From NCBI GenBank assembly GCA_963728915.1, contig CAVSLV010000001.1:96001-160000 (forward strand): a stretch of 64,000 nt of DNA, in the 5' to 3' direction. The notes under the pieces are model-generated. The model was not told the DNA's origin and did no database searches. It saw nothing but the letters and a program-made list of their open reading frames with translations. The stretch's first letter is position 1. The number at the start of each line of letters is the position of its first letter. This DNA comes from an uncultured Gemmatimonadales bacterium. Its GTDB lineage: Bacteria > Gemmatimonadota > Gemmatimonadetes > Gemmatimonadales > GWC2-71-9. The translations under genes and the position numbers were made by a program. This document shows, piece after piece, positions 39,816 to 49,814 of the stretch.

Positions 39816-40037
39816 TCAGGAGTTATACCCCTTGATATACGGCAGCAGGGCGAGATAGCGGGCCCGCTTGATGGCCACCGCGAGCTGGCGCTGGTGGCGG
39901 GCCGTCACGCCCGAAAGCCGTCGAGGCAGGATCTTGCCCCGCTCGGTCAGGAACCGCGACAACAGTTTGTCGTCCTTGTAGTCCACGACCCGGATGCGGA
40001 GCTCCGCCATCGGGTCGCCCTTGCGTGAGCGGCTCAT
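39816..40037 (-). CDS. rpsR: 30S ribosomal protein S18
   Basis: [36 protein letters not shown]. Confidence 0.96.
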   Translation of the reverse strand: MSRSRKGDPMAELRIRVVDYKDDKLLSRFLTERGKILPRRLSGVTARHQRQLAVAIKRARYLALLPYIKGYNS

Positions 40038-40375
40038 TCTTCCTCCTCGAATTCAGTTCGGGCCGGGACCGCCTGGGCCGGCGTAGGCGGCACGTCGTTG
40101 AGGACGAGCAGATGCCGGATAACGCCTTCGTCGAGTTTGATGGCGCGCTCGAATTCGGGGAGGGCAGTCGGCTCGGCGTCGAAGTTCGCCACCACGTAGT
40201 ACCCGGTGTCCCGCTTCCTGATCGGGTAGGCAAGGGTTCGCTTGCCCCAGTGGCTGAACTTGGGCTCACTCCCCTGGGCCTGAGCCAGGGTGTGAAAGTG
40301 CTGAAGCTTCTGGGTGATGGTCGCTTCGTCCAGGGCAGGATCGAAGATGTAGACCAGCTCGTAGGGATTGGCCAT
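40034..40375 (-). CDS. rpsF: 30S ribosomal protein S6
   Basis: [27 protein letters not shown]. Confidence 0.96.
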   Translation of the reverse strand: MANPYELVYIFDPALDEATITQKLQHFHTLAQAQGSEPKFSHWGKRTLAYPIRKRDTGYYVVANFDAEPTALPEFERAIKLDEGVIRHLLVLNDVPPTPAQAVPARTEFEEEE

Positions 40376-40449
40376 GCCACCGTCCTTTGGTCTGGGCGCC
40401 CGGATCTGGTGGGGAGTCCGGGAGGTGAATGTCGGAACCCCGAATTCTA
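40376..40449 (-). promoter_or_regulatory. rpsF 5' leader resembling the S6:S18 binding RNA motif, with -10 TAGAAT
   Basis: Minus strand: ACCTCC pairs with GGA(C)GGT over the SD; inner CGGA/TCCG stem; CCC in the 3' internal loop; TAGAAT at 40449-40444. Confidence 0.55.
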
Positions 40450-40508
40450 GCCGATCCGGGGTCCTCGAACCAGTCCACGCGATTGGCGGCCGGTTTTAGT
40501 TTCCACCC

Positions 40509-41156
40509 ATGCGATTGGAGTCGGTGCAGGTCGGTCACGTGCGCACCTACGGCTCGCCCGGAGCGCAGAACCCCCTCGAGCGCCCCTGGACCAGCGCGAT
40601 CCGGAAGGAATCGGTGTCGGGTCCGGTGTGGGCGGGGCGGGAAGGACTCTCGGGCGACCAGCAGTACGACCGGCACGGCCACGGAGGCCCGGATCGCGCG
40701 CTCCTCATGTACCCGGCGGACCACTACCCCAGGTGGCGGGCCGAATGGGGGCGGAAGGACATCGGGCCGGGGAGCTTCGGAGAGAACCTGACGGTTTCCG
40801 GCCTGACCGAGGACCTGGTCTGTATCGGCGACGTCTTCCGGATCGGCGACGCCCGGGTCGAAGTCTCCTCGCCCAGGGGACCCTGTCAGAACCTCGCCCG
40901 GCTGCACGGGATTCCCGACCTGGTCCGGCAGGTGACCCAGAATCACCGCTCGGGGTGGTACCTCCGGGTCCTTCACGAAGGCTGGGTCGAAGCCGGAATG
41001 GAGGTATTCCTGCTGGACCGTCCCTATCCTCAGTGGACCGTCCGGAGGGCCGCGACCGTCAAACGCGCCCGGCTCGAGTGTCCTGAAGAGGCCGGACTCC
41101 TGGCGGCGTGCCCCGCGCTCCAGCGGGAATGGCGGGAGCAGCTCGTCCCGGGTTAG
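40509..41156 (+). CDS. MOSC domain protein (YiiM-like)
   Basis: GDQQYDRHGHGGPDRA, FGENLT, IGDVFRIG, PRGPC, SGWYLRVL..G. Confidence 0.9.
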   Translation: MRLESVQVGHVRTYGSPGAQNPLERPWTSAIRKESVSGPVWAGREGLSGDQQYDRHGHGGPDRALLMYPADHYPRWRAEWGRKDIGPGSFGENLTVSGLTEDLVCIGDVFRIGDARVEVSSPRGPCQNLARLHGIPDLVRQVTQNHRSGWYLRVLHEGWVEAGMEVFLLDRPYPQWTVRRAATVKRARLECPEEAGLLAACPALQREWREQLVPG

Positions 41157-41177
41157 GTGCCGGCCGGTCCTCCCGCG

Positions 41178-41570
41178 CTATTCCTCGTTGGAGAAGGTGT
41201 AGGCGAATCCGTCCGGATCGGTCAGGTCGAGCACCTTCCGGCCCCACGCTTCGTAGGCCCTGGCATTCGGGTCGCCGGCCTTCCGGGCCCGCTCCGCGAG
41301 CGCTTCCAGGTCCTGGCCGGTCAGGATCCAGAATCGGGCGCCGAGTCCTTTGACCCGATCTTTCCCCTTCTTCCAGTCATCCTGACCGATCGCGACCTGG
41401 ACGTCCCCGGCGCGGAGCATGACGCCGACCAGGGTGCCTTCGCGTTCCCAGCGCTCCTGAATCTCGAAGCCCAGCGCCTGGTAGAACCGGATGCTCTTGT
41501 CGAGATCGTTCACCGTGAGGCCCGAGCGCATCCGGCGTCCGGTGAGGGCGGCGTTGTTATTCTGGCTCAT
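41178..41570 (-). CDS. VOC/glyoxalase family protein
   Basis: LTVNDLDKSIRFYQALGF...WG...DPDGF. Confidence 0.85.
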   Translation of the reverse strand: MSQNNNAALTGRRMRSGLTVNDLDKSIRFYQALGFEIQERWEREGTLVGVMLRAGDVQVAIGQDDWKKGKDRVKGLGARFWILTGQDLEALAERARKAGDPNARAYEAWGRKVLDLTDPDGFAYTFSNEE

Positions 41571-42550
41571 TTCTTCTCCGTGGTGGCGGCGAACATTTCC
41601 CGGATCCCTCCCAGGGAGGAGAGCACGCCGGTGGCTTCGTAGGGCAGATAGATCACCTTGTTGCTCTGGGGACTGGTGACCATGTCCTTGAGGGCTTCGA
41701 TGTACCGGATCGCGATCAGATAGCGGGCCGGATCCCCTCCGGTCGCCTGGATGGCGCTGGTGATCCGCTCGATGGCCTTGGCCTCGGCTTCCGCCACCAT
41801 GAGCCGGGAGGCCGCCTCCGCCTCGGCTTCGAGGATCCGGGCCTGTTTCTGCCCTTCGGCCTGGTTGATCTCGGACTGGCGGATGCCTTCCGCCTGGAGG
41901 ATACGGGACTGCTTCTCCGCGTCGGCGGTCAGAATGGTGGCCCGGCGGTCCCGCTCGGCCCGCATCTGTTTTTCCATTGCGTCGCGGATGTCGCGGGGCG
42001 GGTTGATGTCCTTGAGCTCGACCCGGCTCACCTTGGCGCCCCACTTGTGGGTGGCGTCGTCGAGAATGGCGCGGAGCTTGGCGTTGATGGTGTCGCGGGA
42101 GGAGAGGATGTGGTCCAGCTCCATCTCGCCGATCACGTTCCGGAGCGTGGTCTGGGTCAGCTTCTCGATCGCATCGGGCAGGTTGGCGATCTCGTAGGAA
42201 GCCCGAACCGGATCGGTGATCTGGGAATAGATCAGGGCGTCGATCTCGACCACCACGTTGTCCTTGGTGATCACGTTCTGGCTGGGAAAGACGTACACCG
42301 TTTCCCGGAGGTCGATCTTCTCGGTCCGGAAATGGCGAGCCTTTTCACCCACGACCTCGTGCCAGTCGATCGCCCGGGGCTTGTCGATCCAGGGGACAAT
42401 CAGGTTGACCCCGGAGGCCAGGGTCTTGTGATACTTGCCCAGCCGCTCGATCACCATGGTCTGGGCCTGCTGGACGATGCGGATGCCCTTCGCGATCGTG
42501 ACCAGTGCGAACACGGCGATCGCGGCGAGGAGGATTAGCCCGGCCTGCAT
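41567..42550 (-). CDS. SPFH/band-7 (QmcA/paraslipin-like) protein
   Basis: IERLGKY, VITKDNV, TTLRNVIG, MEKQMRAERDRRA. Confidence 0.92.
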   Translation of the reverse strand: MQAGLILLAAIAVFALVTIAKGIRIVQQAQTMVIERLGKYHKTLASGVNLIVPWIDKPRAIDWHEVVGEKARHFRTEKIDLRETVYVFPSQNVITKDNVVVEIDALIYSQITDPVRASYEIANLPDAIEKLTQTTLRNVIGEMELDHILSSRDTINAKLRAILDDATHKWGAKVSRVELKDINPPRDIRDAMEKQMRAERDRRATILTADAEKQSRILQAEGIRQSEINQAEGQKQARILEAEAEAASRLMVAEAEAKAIERITSAIQATGGDPARYLIAIRYIEALKDMVTSPQSNKVIYLPYEATGVLSSLGGIREMFAATTEKK

Positions 42551-42553
42551 GGG

Positions 42554-42997
42554 TCAGCTCTCCCTTTCGACAGTCAGAGTGGTTCCTTCCACCTGGATCA
42601 CCGAGACCCGGGTGCCCGGTTCCATCACGGAATCGTCCAGCGCGATGGCGCGCCAGTCCTCGCCTTCGACGATGATCCGGCCGGGCCGGTGCCCCGGCGC
42701 GATCCGTTCGGTGACATACCCGGTGCGGCCCAGCAGAGCATCCACGCCGGTGCGCAGCGCGAGGGCCCCGGAGGGCAGAAAGCGCCGGTTCAGCGCGGGC
42801 CGGAGCCCGGCCAGACTCAGGAGGCTCGCCGCCACGAAGGTGATGCCCTGACTGACGAGTCCGGTAAAGGGTAACAATCCCACCAGGCCCGCGGCCGCGC
42901 AGCCGACCGCCACGCAGGCGAGCCAGAACCCGCTCGTGAACATTTCGGCGATGAGCAGAGCCACCGCTGCGAGCAACCAGAGCAGCCAGGATTCCAC
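42554..42997 (-). CDS. NfeD-like membrane protein (SPFH partner)
   Basis: TM helices then OB-fold LLGRTG...GEDWRA...VEGTTLTV; GTG 42997 with GGAGG RBS. Confidence 0.88.
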   Translation of the reverse strand: MESWLLWLLAAVALLIAEMFTSGFWLACVAVGCAAAGLVGLLPFTGLVSQGITFVAASLLSLAGLRPALNRRFLPSGALALRTGVDALLGRTGYVTERIAPGHRPGRIIVEGEDWRAIALDDSVMEPGTRVSVIQVEGTTLTVERES

Positions 42998-43125
42998 GGA
43001 GCCTCCGGACCGGTAATGTAGCGCCGAAGCGGCGAACGACCCCGAGATCACAGTGGTTCGCTGGCGTCGCAGGTCCGGCCCGAATAGGTTCCCGTCGCTC
43101 GTCGAACCATCCTCCGAGGAAGCCC

Positions 43126-46100
43126 CTGATCATTCTTCCGCGTCCCGCGGCGGCGCTCCTGGTCGGCGCGGTGATTCTCACCGGATGCGGAGACCGCGCC
43201 GGCTCCGAGCCCCCATGGCACGACGAAACCGGCTACCGCTGGCGGACCCTTTCGGTGGCGGGTTCCCGCCCCGGCTTCACCACCATGCCCGCCTCGCAGA
43301 CCGGCATCGGGGTCGAGAACCGGGTGCCCGACTCGCTCCTCCTCGCCAACCGGGTCCTGGCCCAGGGGGCCGGGGTCTGCCTGGGCGACGTGGACGAGGA
43401 CGGACGGGTGGACGTGTTCCTGGCCAGCACGCTCGGCCCTAACACGCTCTACCGGAACCTGGGGGACTGGAAATTCGAGGACCGGACCGCGGCGGCGGGA
43501 CTGGCCGCGCCCGGACGGGAGGCATCGGGATGCGCCCTGGCGGATATCAACGGGGACGGGCATCTCGACCTGATCCTGGTGTCGATCACCGGACCGAACG
43601 CGATTTTTCTCAATGACGGGACCGGACATTTCGCCGAGCATCGGGATCTCGGTCTCGATCCGGAAGGGAAGGGGAGCACGACGTTGGCGCTGGCCGACGT
43701 CGATGGCGATGGGTGGCTCGATCTCTACCTCGGCAATTACAAGCCCTACACCCCGGTGGACCGCTACAGCGCGACCGAACGCGCCTTTGGGCACATCACC
43801 CGGCAGATCGGGCCGAATCGCTACGAGGTCAATCCCCCCTTTCAGCGCGATTTCAAGCTCACCGTGCGCCCCGACGTCGGCCTGGCGCTCAGCATGCGGG
43901 CCGAGCCGGACGAGTTCTACCACAATGACGGCACCGGCCACTTCGTGCGGGAGCGCCTGACCGCCGGACGGTTCCGCGATGCCGGGGGCAGGCCCATTGC
44001 CGAGGAGGCGGAGTCGTTCACTCTGACCACCCGTTTCGCCGACCTGAACGGCGACGGCGCGCCCGATCTCTACGTGGTGAACGACTTCGAGGACCCGGAC
44101 CAGTTCTGGCTGAACGACGGGAAGGGAACCTTCCGCCTCGCGCCCTGGACCGCGATCCGCCAGACCAGCAACGCCGCGATGGGAATGGATGTCGCCGATG
44201 TGGATGGGGACGGCACCGCGGACTTCTTTCTGACCGACATGCTCGCCAGCGACAGCCGGCGACGGCGGACCGAGGTGCCGACCCACACGCCGGTACCGAA
44301 ACGTCCCGGACAGATGGAGCTTCAGCTTCAAGAGATGCGGAACACCCTGTTCCTCGGCCGGGGCGACGGGACGTTTGCGGAGGTCGCGGCGGAGGCCGGC
44401 GTGTCCGCGACCGGCTGGTCGTGGGGCGCGCTCTTTCTCGATGTGGACCTGGACGGGCGACCCGATCTCCTGGTGGCGAACGGTCACGCCTGGGACATCA
44501 TGGACGGGGATATCCAGGAGCGCCAGCAGCAGGGCTTCAGCGCGGTCCCGTGGGAGCGGCGCCTGGCGGAGTTCCCCCGACTGGCCCTCCGTAACATCGC
44601 CTTCCGGAACCGGGGCGATTCGACCTTCGAAGAGATGTCCCGCGCCTGGGGGATCGGCGCCGACGAGGACATCTCCCACGCCCTGGCGAGCGCCGATCTG
44701 GATGGGGACGGCGACCAGGACCTCATCGTGGGCCGACTCAACGCACCGCCCCTGGTGCTCCGGAACAATGCGGTCGCTCCCCGGATCGCGGTCCGGCTTC
44801 GGGGCAGCGCCCCTAACACGCGTGCCATCGGCGCCCGGATCCGGGTCACCGGCCCGGGGCTTCCGATCCAGAGCCGGGAGATCACCGCCGGAGGGCTCTA
44901 CCTCTCCCACAGCGACGAGCTGGCCACCTTCGCCACCGAAGCGGCTGATTCGGTTCGGGTGGAGGTCACCTGGCGGGATGGGAGCCGGACCCTCCTCGGG
45001 AACGTGGCGCCGAACCGGCTCTACGAAATCCGGCAGTCTGGAGGTCTGGAGGTCGGAAAGTCGGAAGGTCCTCCTTCGGCCCTCCCGACCCTGTTCGAGG
45101 ACGCGACCAGCCAGCTCGGCGGTCACCGGCACCCCGAGAACCAGTTCGACGACTGGGGTCGCCAGTACCTCCTGCCCGAGGCCCTGTCCGAGCTCGGACC
45201 CGGGGTCGCCTGGTACGACGTGGACCGGAGCGGGTCTGAGAGTCTCATTGTCGGCGCCGGGAGTGGCGGCAAGCCAGCGGTATTCCGCAATCGGAAGGGC
45301 CGCCTGGAACCCGCCCTGCTGGGTCCTGCCGCCCCCGGGGATCTGACCTCGGTGCTGGGGCTGACCGACCGGGCCGGGACCCGCCTCCTCTTCGGGGTGT
45401 CCTCCTGGGAGGGGCGCACCGAGGAGGAGCTCGGCAGGATCCCGGCGGTGGTGGAGGATCGCCTAACCCGCGGCGCTCCGGCTCCCGGCCTGGCCACGCT
45501 GGTGGATCCCGCGGAAGCCTCCATCGGCCCCCTCGCCCTGGGGGACTACACCGGTGACGGCGCGCTGGATCTCTTCGTCGGGGGACGGGTGATTCCGCTG
45601 CGGTATCCCGTGGCCCCGTCGTCCGCGCTGTTTCGGAACGTGGCGGGCCGATTCATCCTCGACACCCTGAACACCCGACTGCTCGAAGGCCTCGGCCTGG
45701 TCACCTCGGCGATGTTCGCGGATCTGAACGGAGATGGCCTGCCCGACCTGGTGGTCGCGCGGGAATGGGCCGCCCCGGCGCTCTTTCTGAACGCGGGCCA
45801 GGGACGGCTCGAGCCCGCTCCTGAGTCGTGGGGCCTCACCCGATGGACAGGACGATGGAACGGCATCGCCGCCGGTGATCTCGACGGCGACGGTAAACTG
45901 GACCTGGTGCTGACGAACTGGGGGCGGAACACCGGGGTGCAAGTCGACTCCGCGAATCCCCTGATCCTGGTCCACGGCGCCTTCGGGGCACGGGGAGAAG
46001 AGGAAATGCTGCTGGCCCAGCAGGATCCCCGCCTGGGACGACCATCGCCCCTCGATGATTACCTCCGGGTTCGGCTCGCCATTCCCTCGCTCGCCGGGCG

Positions 46101-46824
46101 GCTGCGCTCCTTCGGCGCCTGGGCCGATGCGTCGCTCGACCAGGCCCTCGCTGACATCCCGGGCCGGTCCACCCGGCTGGAGGTGAGGACCCTGGATCAC
46201 CTCCTGTTGCTCAATCGAGGCGACCACTTCGACGCTCGTCCGTTGCCCGCTGCGGCGCAGGAGGCTCCGGCGTTCTATGCCGGGATCGCCGATTTCGACG
46301 GCGACGGCAGGGAGGACCTCTTTCTGGGGCAGAACTTCAGCTACACCGTGGTGGGCGCTCCCCGCTACGATGCGGGCCGGGGCCTCCTGCTCAAGGGCGA
46401 CGGCGCCGGCGGACTGACGCCGCTCGGGGGAGCAGAGTCGGGGGTGGTGATCTACGGCGACCAGCGCGGGGCGGGTTATGCCGACTATGACGGCGACGGA
46501 CGGCTCGACCTGGCGGTCTCGCAGAACGGCGCCTCCACCCGGCTGTTCCACAACCGCGGGGCGAAGCCCGGGCTCCGGATCCGGGTGGATGGGGGCCCGG
46601 ACAACCCCGACGGCATTGGAGCGCAAATCCGGCTGGTCTATGCCGGCCGCATGGGCCCGGTGCGGGAGATTCAGGCGGGCAGCGGCTACTGGTCCCAGAA
46701 TGGAGCGGTGCAGGTCTTCGGGCTCTCGGGGACGCCGACCGAGGTATGGATCCGGTGGCCCGGAGGAGAAGAGCGCAGAGTTTCCGTGGCACCCGGCGCC
46801 ACGGAGGTGGTCATTCGCCGGTAG
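43126..46824 (+). CDS. Large ASPIC/UnbV plus FG-GAP/VCBS repeat lipoprotein (two repeat modules)
   Basis: Many DxDGDG repeats; two UnbV-like segments (NTRAIGARI, NPDGIGAQI); lipobox LTGC. Track start is 43171; the full signal peptide needs CTG 43126. Confidence 0.85.
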   Translation: MIILPRPAAALLVGAVILTGCGDRAGSEPPWHDETGYRWRTLSVAGSRPGFTTMPASQTGIGVENRVPDSLLLANRVLAQGAGVCLGDVDEDGRVDVFLASTLGPNTLYRNLGDWKFEDRTAAAGLAAPGREASGCALADINGDGHLDLILVSITGPNAIFLNDGTGHFAEHRDLGLDPEGKGSTTLALADVDGDGWLDLYLGNYKPYTPVDRYSATERAFGHITRQIGPNRYEVNPPFQRDFKLTVRPDVGLALSMRAEPDEFYHNDGTGHFVRERLTAGRFRDAGGRPIAEEAESFTLTTRFADLNGDGAPDLYVVNDFEDPDQFWLNDGKGTFRLAPWTAIRQTSNAAMGMDVADVDGDGTADFFLTDMLASDSRRRRTEVPTHTPVPKRPGQMELQLQEMRNTLFLGRGDGTFAEVAAEAGVSATGWSWGALFLDVDLDGRPDLLVANGHAWDIMDGDIQERQQQGFSAVPWERRLAEFPRLALRNIAFRNRGDSTFEEMSRAWGIGADEDISHALASADLDGDGDQDLIVGRLNAPPLVLRNNAVAPRIAVRLRGSAPNTRAIGARIRVTGPGLPIQSREITAGGLYLSHSDELATFATEAADSVRVEVTWRDGSRTLLGNVAPNRLYEIRQSGGLEVGKSEGPPSALPTLFEDATSQLGGHRHPENQFDDWGRQYLLPEALSELGPGVAWYDVDRSGSESLIVGAGSGGKPAVFRNRKGRLEPALLGPAAPGDLTSVLGLTDRAGTRLLFGVSSWEGRTEEELGRIPAVVEDRLTRGAPAPGLATLVDPAEASIGPLALGDYTGDGALDLFVGGRVIPLRYPVAPSSALFRNVAGRFILDTLNTRLLEGLGLVTSAMFADLNGDGLPDLVVAREWAAPALFLNAGQGRLEPAPESWGLTRWTGRWNGIAAGDLDGDGKLDLVLTNWGRNTGVQVDSANPLILVHGAFGARGEEEMLLAQQDPRLGRPSPLDDYLRVRLAIPSLAGRLRSFGAWADASLDQALADIPGRSTRLEVRTLDHLLLLNRGDHFDARPLPAAAQEAPAFYAGIADFDGDGREDLFLGQNFSYTVVGAPRYDAGRGLLLKGDGAGGLTPLGGAESGVVIYGDQRGAGYADYDGDGRLDLAVSQNGASTRLFHNRGAKPGLRIRVDGGPDNPDGIGAQIRLVYAGRMGPVREIQAGSGYWSQNGAVQVFGLSGTPTEVWIRWPGGEERRVSVAPGATEVVIRR
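45036..45067 (+). repeat. Tandem octamer repeat within an inter-domain linker
   Basis: gtctggag gtctggag gtcggaaa gtcggaag. Confidence 0.55.
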
Positions 46825-46839
46825 GCTCCGGGAAGACGG

Positions 46840-47253
46840 TCAGGTCTTCTGGTACAGCAGCACCAGGGTGTCGAACATCTGGCTCAGTCGGCTCTCCCCA
46901 TCCCAGGTGAAGGTGTAGCTCTCTCCATTGTCCGGAACGAGGGTGACGGTTTTCCCCGTGAGGGTCCACGTTCCGCTCGCATCGAGTGGCTGGTCCTGCG
47001 ATTGTCCATCCACCAGCACGGTGAACGTGGTCTGGTCCGTGAAGCTGCCATCCTCATTGAGGGTGACCGTACCCGAGGCGAACGAAACCTGGTTCTGGGG
47101 ATCGGTCGACTCCCAGACATACGGCAGCAACTGCCCGTTGATCGTCCGGAGGGCATAGGTCCCTGCCACCTGGGCCAGCGGGTTCGAGGGTTCCGACGAG
47201 CAGGCGCCGGTAGCGAGTCCGAACGCGAGCAGTACTCCTATCGTGCGTGTCAT
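46840..47253 (-). CDS. Lipocalin-like lipoprotein
   Basis: Lipobox TGAC; AGTYALRTINGQLLP, SGTWT. Confidence 0.72.
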   Translation of the reverse strand: MTRTIGVLLAFGLATGACSSEPSNPLAQVAGTYALRTINGQLLPYVWESTDPQNQVSFASGTVTLNEDGSFTDQTTFTVLVDGQSQDQPLDASGTWTLTGKTVTLVPDNGESYTFTWDGESRLSQMFDTLVLLYQKT

Positions 47254-47399
47254 GGCATCCTGTAGCCTTGCAGGTATTGCAGGTCGTCTTCGTCGAGTCG
47301 CACTATATGGACGACACCCTTGCCGAATCCCACCACCTTCGCACGGGCCGGAAGCCGACGCCGGGGCCTGATCTGCCGCGATGAAGGCCGACCACGAGA

Positions 47400-48497
47400 C
47401 TACACATTGAACCGGAACAGGATGACATCACCGTCTTGCACTACATACTCCTTGCCCTCGGCCCTCGCCAAGCCCTGTTCCCGGGCACCCTTCCAGCCGC
47501 CGGTGCGGATGAAGTCCTGGTACGAGACGGTTTCCGCCCGAATGAACCCTTTCTCGAAGTCGGAGTGGATCACGCCGGCGGCCACGGGGGCCTTGTCGCC
47601 GCGATGAATGGTCCAGGCCCGCACTTCCTTCTCACCGGCCGTGAAGTAGCTCATCAGACCGAGCAGGTGGTAGGCCGCATTCACCAGGCGTACCAGCCCC
47701 GATTCCTTGAGATCCATCGCCTCGAGGAATGGTTGGCGCTCTTCGGGGGAAAGCTCGGCCAGCTCGGCCTCCACCTTGGCGGAAAAGGTGACGACCTCGG
47801 CCTCTTCCCCCTCGGCGGCAATCGCCGCGCGGAGCCGGGTGGCGTAACTCTCCGCCGAGGCGATCTCGGCTTCTCCCACGTTGGCGGCGTATAGCACCGG
47901 CTTGGAAGTGAGCAGGTTGAAGCCTCGGACCAGGCCACGCTCTTCCACCTCGATCTTCGCCGAGCGCGCCGGTTTTCCGCTGGAGAGCGCCTCGTGAACC
48001 TGGGTGAGGACCCGGGCCTCGGTTTTCGCCTGAGGATCCGAGCCCTTCGCCGCCCGGGAGGTCTTCTCGAGCCGCTTTTCCACGATCGCGAGATCGGCAA
48101 GCCCCAGCTCGAGATTGATGATCTCGCGATCCCGCACCGGGTCGATGGCGCCCATGGCGTGCTGGATGTCGGGATCCTCGAAACACCGGATCACGTGCAC
48201 GACCGCATCCACCTCGCGGATGGCGCCGAGAAACTGGTTCCCCAGTCCCTCGCCTCGACTGGCTCCCTGGGCCAGGCCGGCAATGTCCACGAACTCCACC
48301 GTCGCGGGAATGGTCTTTTTCGGTTTCACCAGATCGGCGATGGCATCGAGCCGGGGGTCCAGGACCGGCACGATCCCGGAGTTCGGCTCGATGGTGGCGA
48401 AGGGATAGTTCGCGACCGCGGCCTTGGCCGAGGTGAGCGCGTTGAACAGCGTGGATTTGCCGACGTTGGGAAGGCCGACGATGCCGAGACGGAGCAT
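47400..48497 (-). CDS. ychF: Redox-regulated ATPase YchF
   Basis: GIVGLPNVGKST, NYPFATIEPN, DIAGL, FEKGFIRAE, DGDVILFRFNV. Confidence 0.97.
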   Translation of the reverse strand: MLRLGIVGLPNVGKSTLFNALTSAKAAVANYPFATIEPNSGIVPVLDPRLDAIADLVKPKKTIPATVEFVDIAGLAQGASRGEGLGNQFLGAIREVDAVVHVIRCFEDPDIQHAMGAIDPVRDREIINLELGLADLAIVEKRLEKTSRAAKGSDPQAKTEARVLTQVHEALSSGKPARSAKIEVEERGLVRGFNLLTSKPVLYAANVGEAEIASAESYATRLRAAIAAEGEEAEVVTFSAKVEAELAELSPEERQPFLEAMDLKESGLVRLVNAAYHLLGLMSYFTAGEKEVRAWTIHRGDKAPVAAGVIHSDFEKGFIRAETVSYQDFIRTGGWKGAREQGLARAEGKEYVVQDGDVILFRFNV

Positions 48498-48499
48498 GC

Positions 48500-49066
48500 C
48501 TATTTGCGATTGTGGAGGTTCATTGCGGTTTCGATCCCCTGATCCATCCAGCATTCCACCGCTTCGCACATGGGTTCGAGCAGGGCATCGAACCCCTTGC
48601 GCTCGCTTCGGGTGAACCGGTCGAGCACGTAGTCCACAAGATCAGCGGGCTGGGGCCTCGGTCCGACACCGATCCGCAGCCGGGCGTAGTCCGGTCCGCC
48701 GAGGACGCTCTCGATGTGCTTGAGCCCGTTGTGTCCCCCCGCGCTTCCCCCGGCGCGGAGCCGGAAGGACCCGAGGTCGAGGGCCACATCATCCACCAGC
48801 ACCAGGAGATCGTGGTCGGGGTTGAACCGCTCATCGTCGGCGAGCGGCAGAAGAGCCGAACCACTTCGATTCATGAAGGTCCAGGGCTTGATCAGCTCGA
48901 ACGGAATCCCGTTGCGGACGCCGCGGGCAATCTGGGCCGGGCCTTCGCGGCGGAACTTGCGGACCTCCCAACGGGCGGCGAGCGCATCGGCCAGCAGAAA
49001 GCCCGCGTTGTGGCGGGTGTCTTCGTATTCGGGGCCCGGGTTGCCGAGCCCCATGACGACGCGCAG
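48500..49066 (-). CDS. pth: Peptidyl-tRNA hydrolase
   Basis: GLGNPG, TRHNAGF, TFMNRSG, GGHNGLK, RLRIGVG. Probable CTG start at 49066 (track start 49054). Confidence 0.95.
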   Translation of the reverse strand: MRVVMGLGNPGPEYEDTRHNAGFLLADALAARWEVRKFRREGPAQIARGVRNGIPFELIKPWTFMNRSGSALLPLADDERFNPDHDLLVLVDDVALDLGSFRLRAGGSAGGHNGLKHIESVLGGPDYARLRIGVGPRPQPADLVDYVLDRFTRSERKGFDALLEPMCEAVECWMDQGIETAMNLHNRK

Positions 49067-49072
49067 AGCGGG

Positions 49073-49798
49073 TTACTCCTTCTCCTTGCCCTTGCTCTTG
49101 GGAGCCTCCTCCTTGCCCTTTGGCTTGGCGCCCTCTTCTCCCTCTTCGCCTTCCTCGCCCTCCTCCTTCGGCTTCCGGATCAGCTCGGGCTCGGCGGTCT
49201 CGGTGGCTTCCGGAGTGGGGGCCGCTACCTCCTCCGCGCGCGGGGCCACGACGGTGCACACCGTTTGCCGCGGGTCGTTCAGGACCTCCACGTTTGGGAA
49301 CTGGAGGTCGGACACGTGGATCGACTGGCCGATATTGAGGGCGGTGACGTCCACGTCGAGGTGCTCGGGGATCTCGGTCGGGAGGACCCGGATTTCGAGG
49401 GTGTGCGCCGTCATGTCGAGCACCCCGCCGAAGTTGCGGACCCCTTCGGGGCTTCCGACGAATTTGATGGGAACCTCGACGCTGATCTTCTCACCGGCGC
49501 GGACCTCGTACAGGTCCAGGTGAATGACGTCCACCGGTCGGACCGGATTCCGCTGCACTTCCCGGATCAGCGCCTTCACGGTGGCGCGGCCGGGGACCTC
49601 CAGATCCACCAGCGTGGTGGCCGCGCCGGCTTCCGAGAGAAAGCGGGTGACCTGAATCGCCTCGAGGGCGAGGGCTTCCGGATCGCGGCCCCTGCCGTAG
49701 ATCACGGCGGGGATTTTCCCGTCGCGGCGGAGCGCCCGTGCGATTCCCTTGCCGGCGCGATCGCGGGGGGAGGCCTGAAGCGTGACTTGGCGTGGCAT
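49073..49798 (-). CDS. rplY: 50S ribosomal protein L25/Ctc
   Basis: ARALRRDGKIPAVIYG, HLDL, Ctc C-terminal domain and charged tail. Confidence 0.95.
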   Translation of the reverse strand: MPRQVTLQASPRDRAGKGIARALRRDGKIPAVIYGRGRDPEALALEAIQVTRFLSEAGAATTLVDLEVPGRATVKALIREVQRNPVRPVDVIHLDLYEVRAGEKISVEVPIKFVGSPEGVRNFGGVLDMTAHTLEIRVLPTEIPEHLDVDVTALNIGQSIHVSDLQFPNVEVLNDPRQTVCTVVAPRAEEVAAPTPEATETAEPELIRKPKEEGEEGEEGEEGAKPKGKEEAPKSKGKEKE

Positions 49799-49814
49799 GG
49801 CTGGAACCTTTCCG

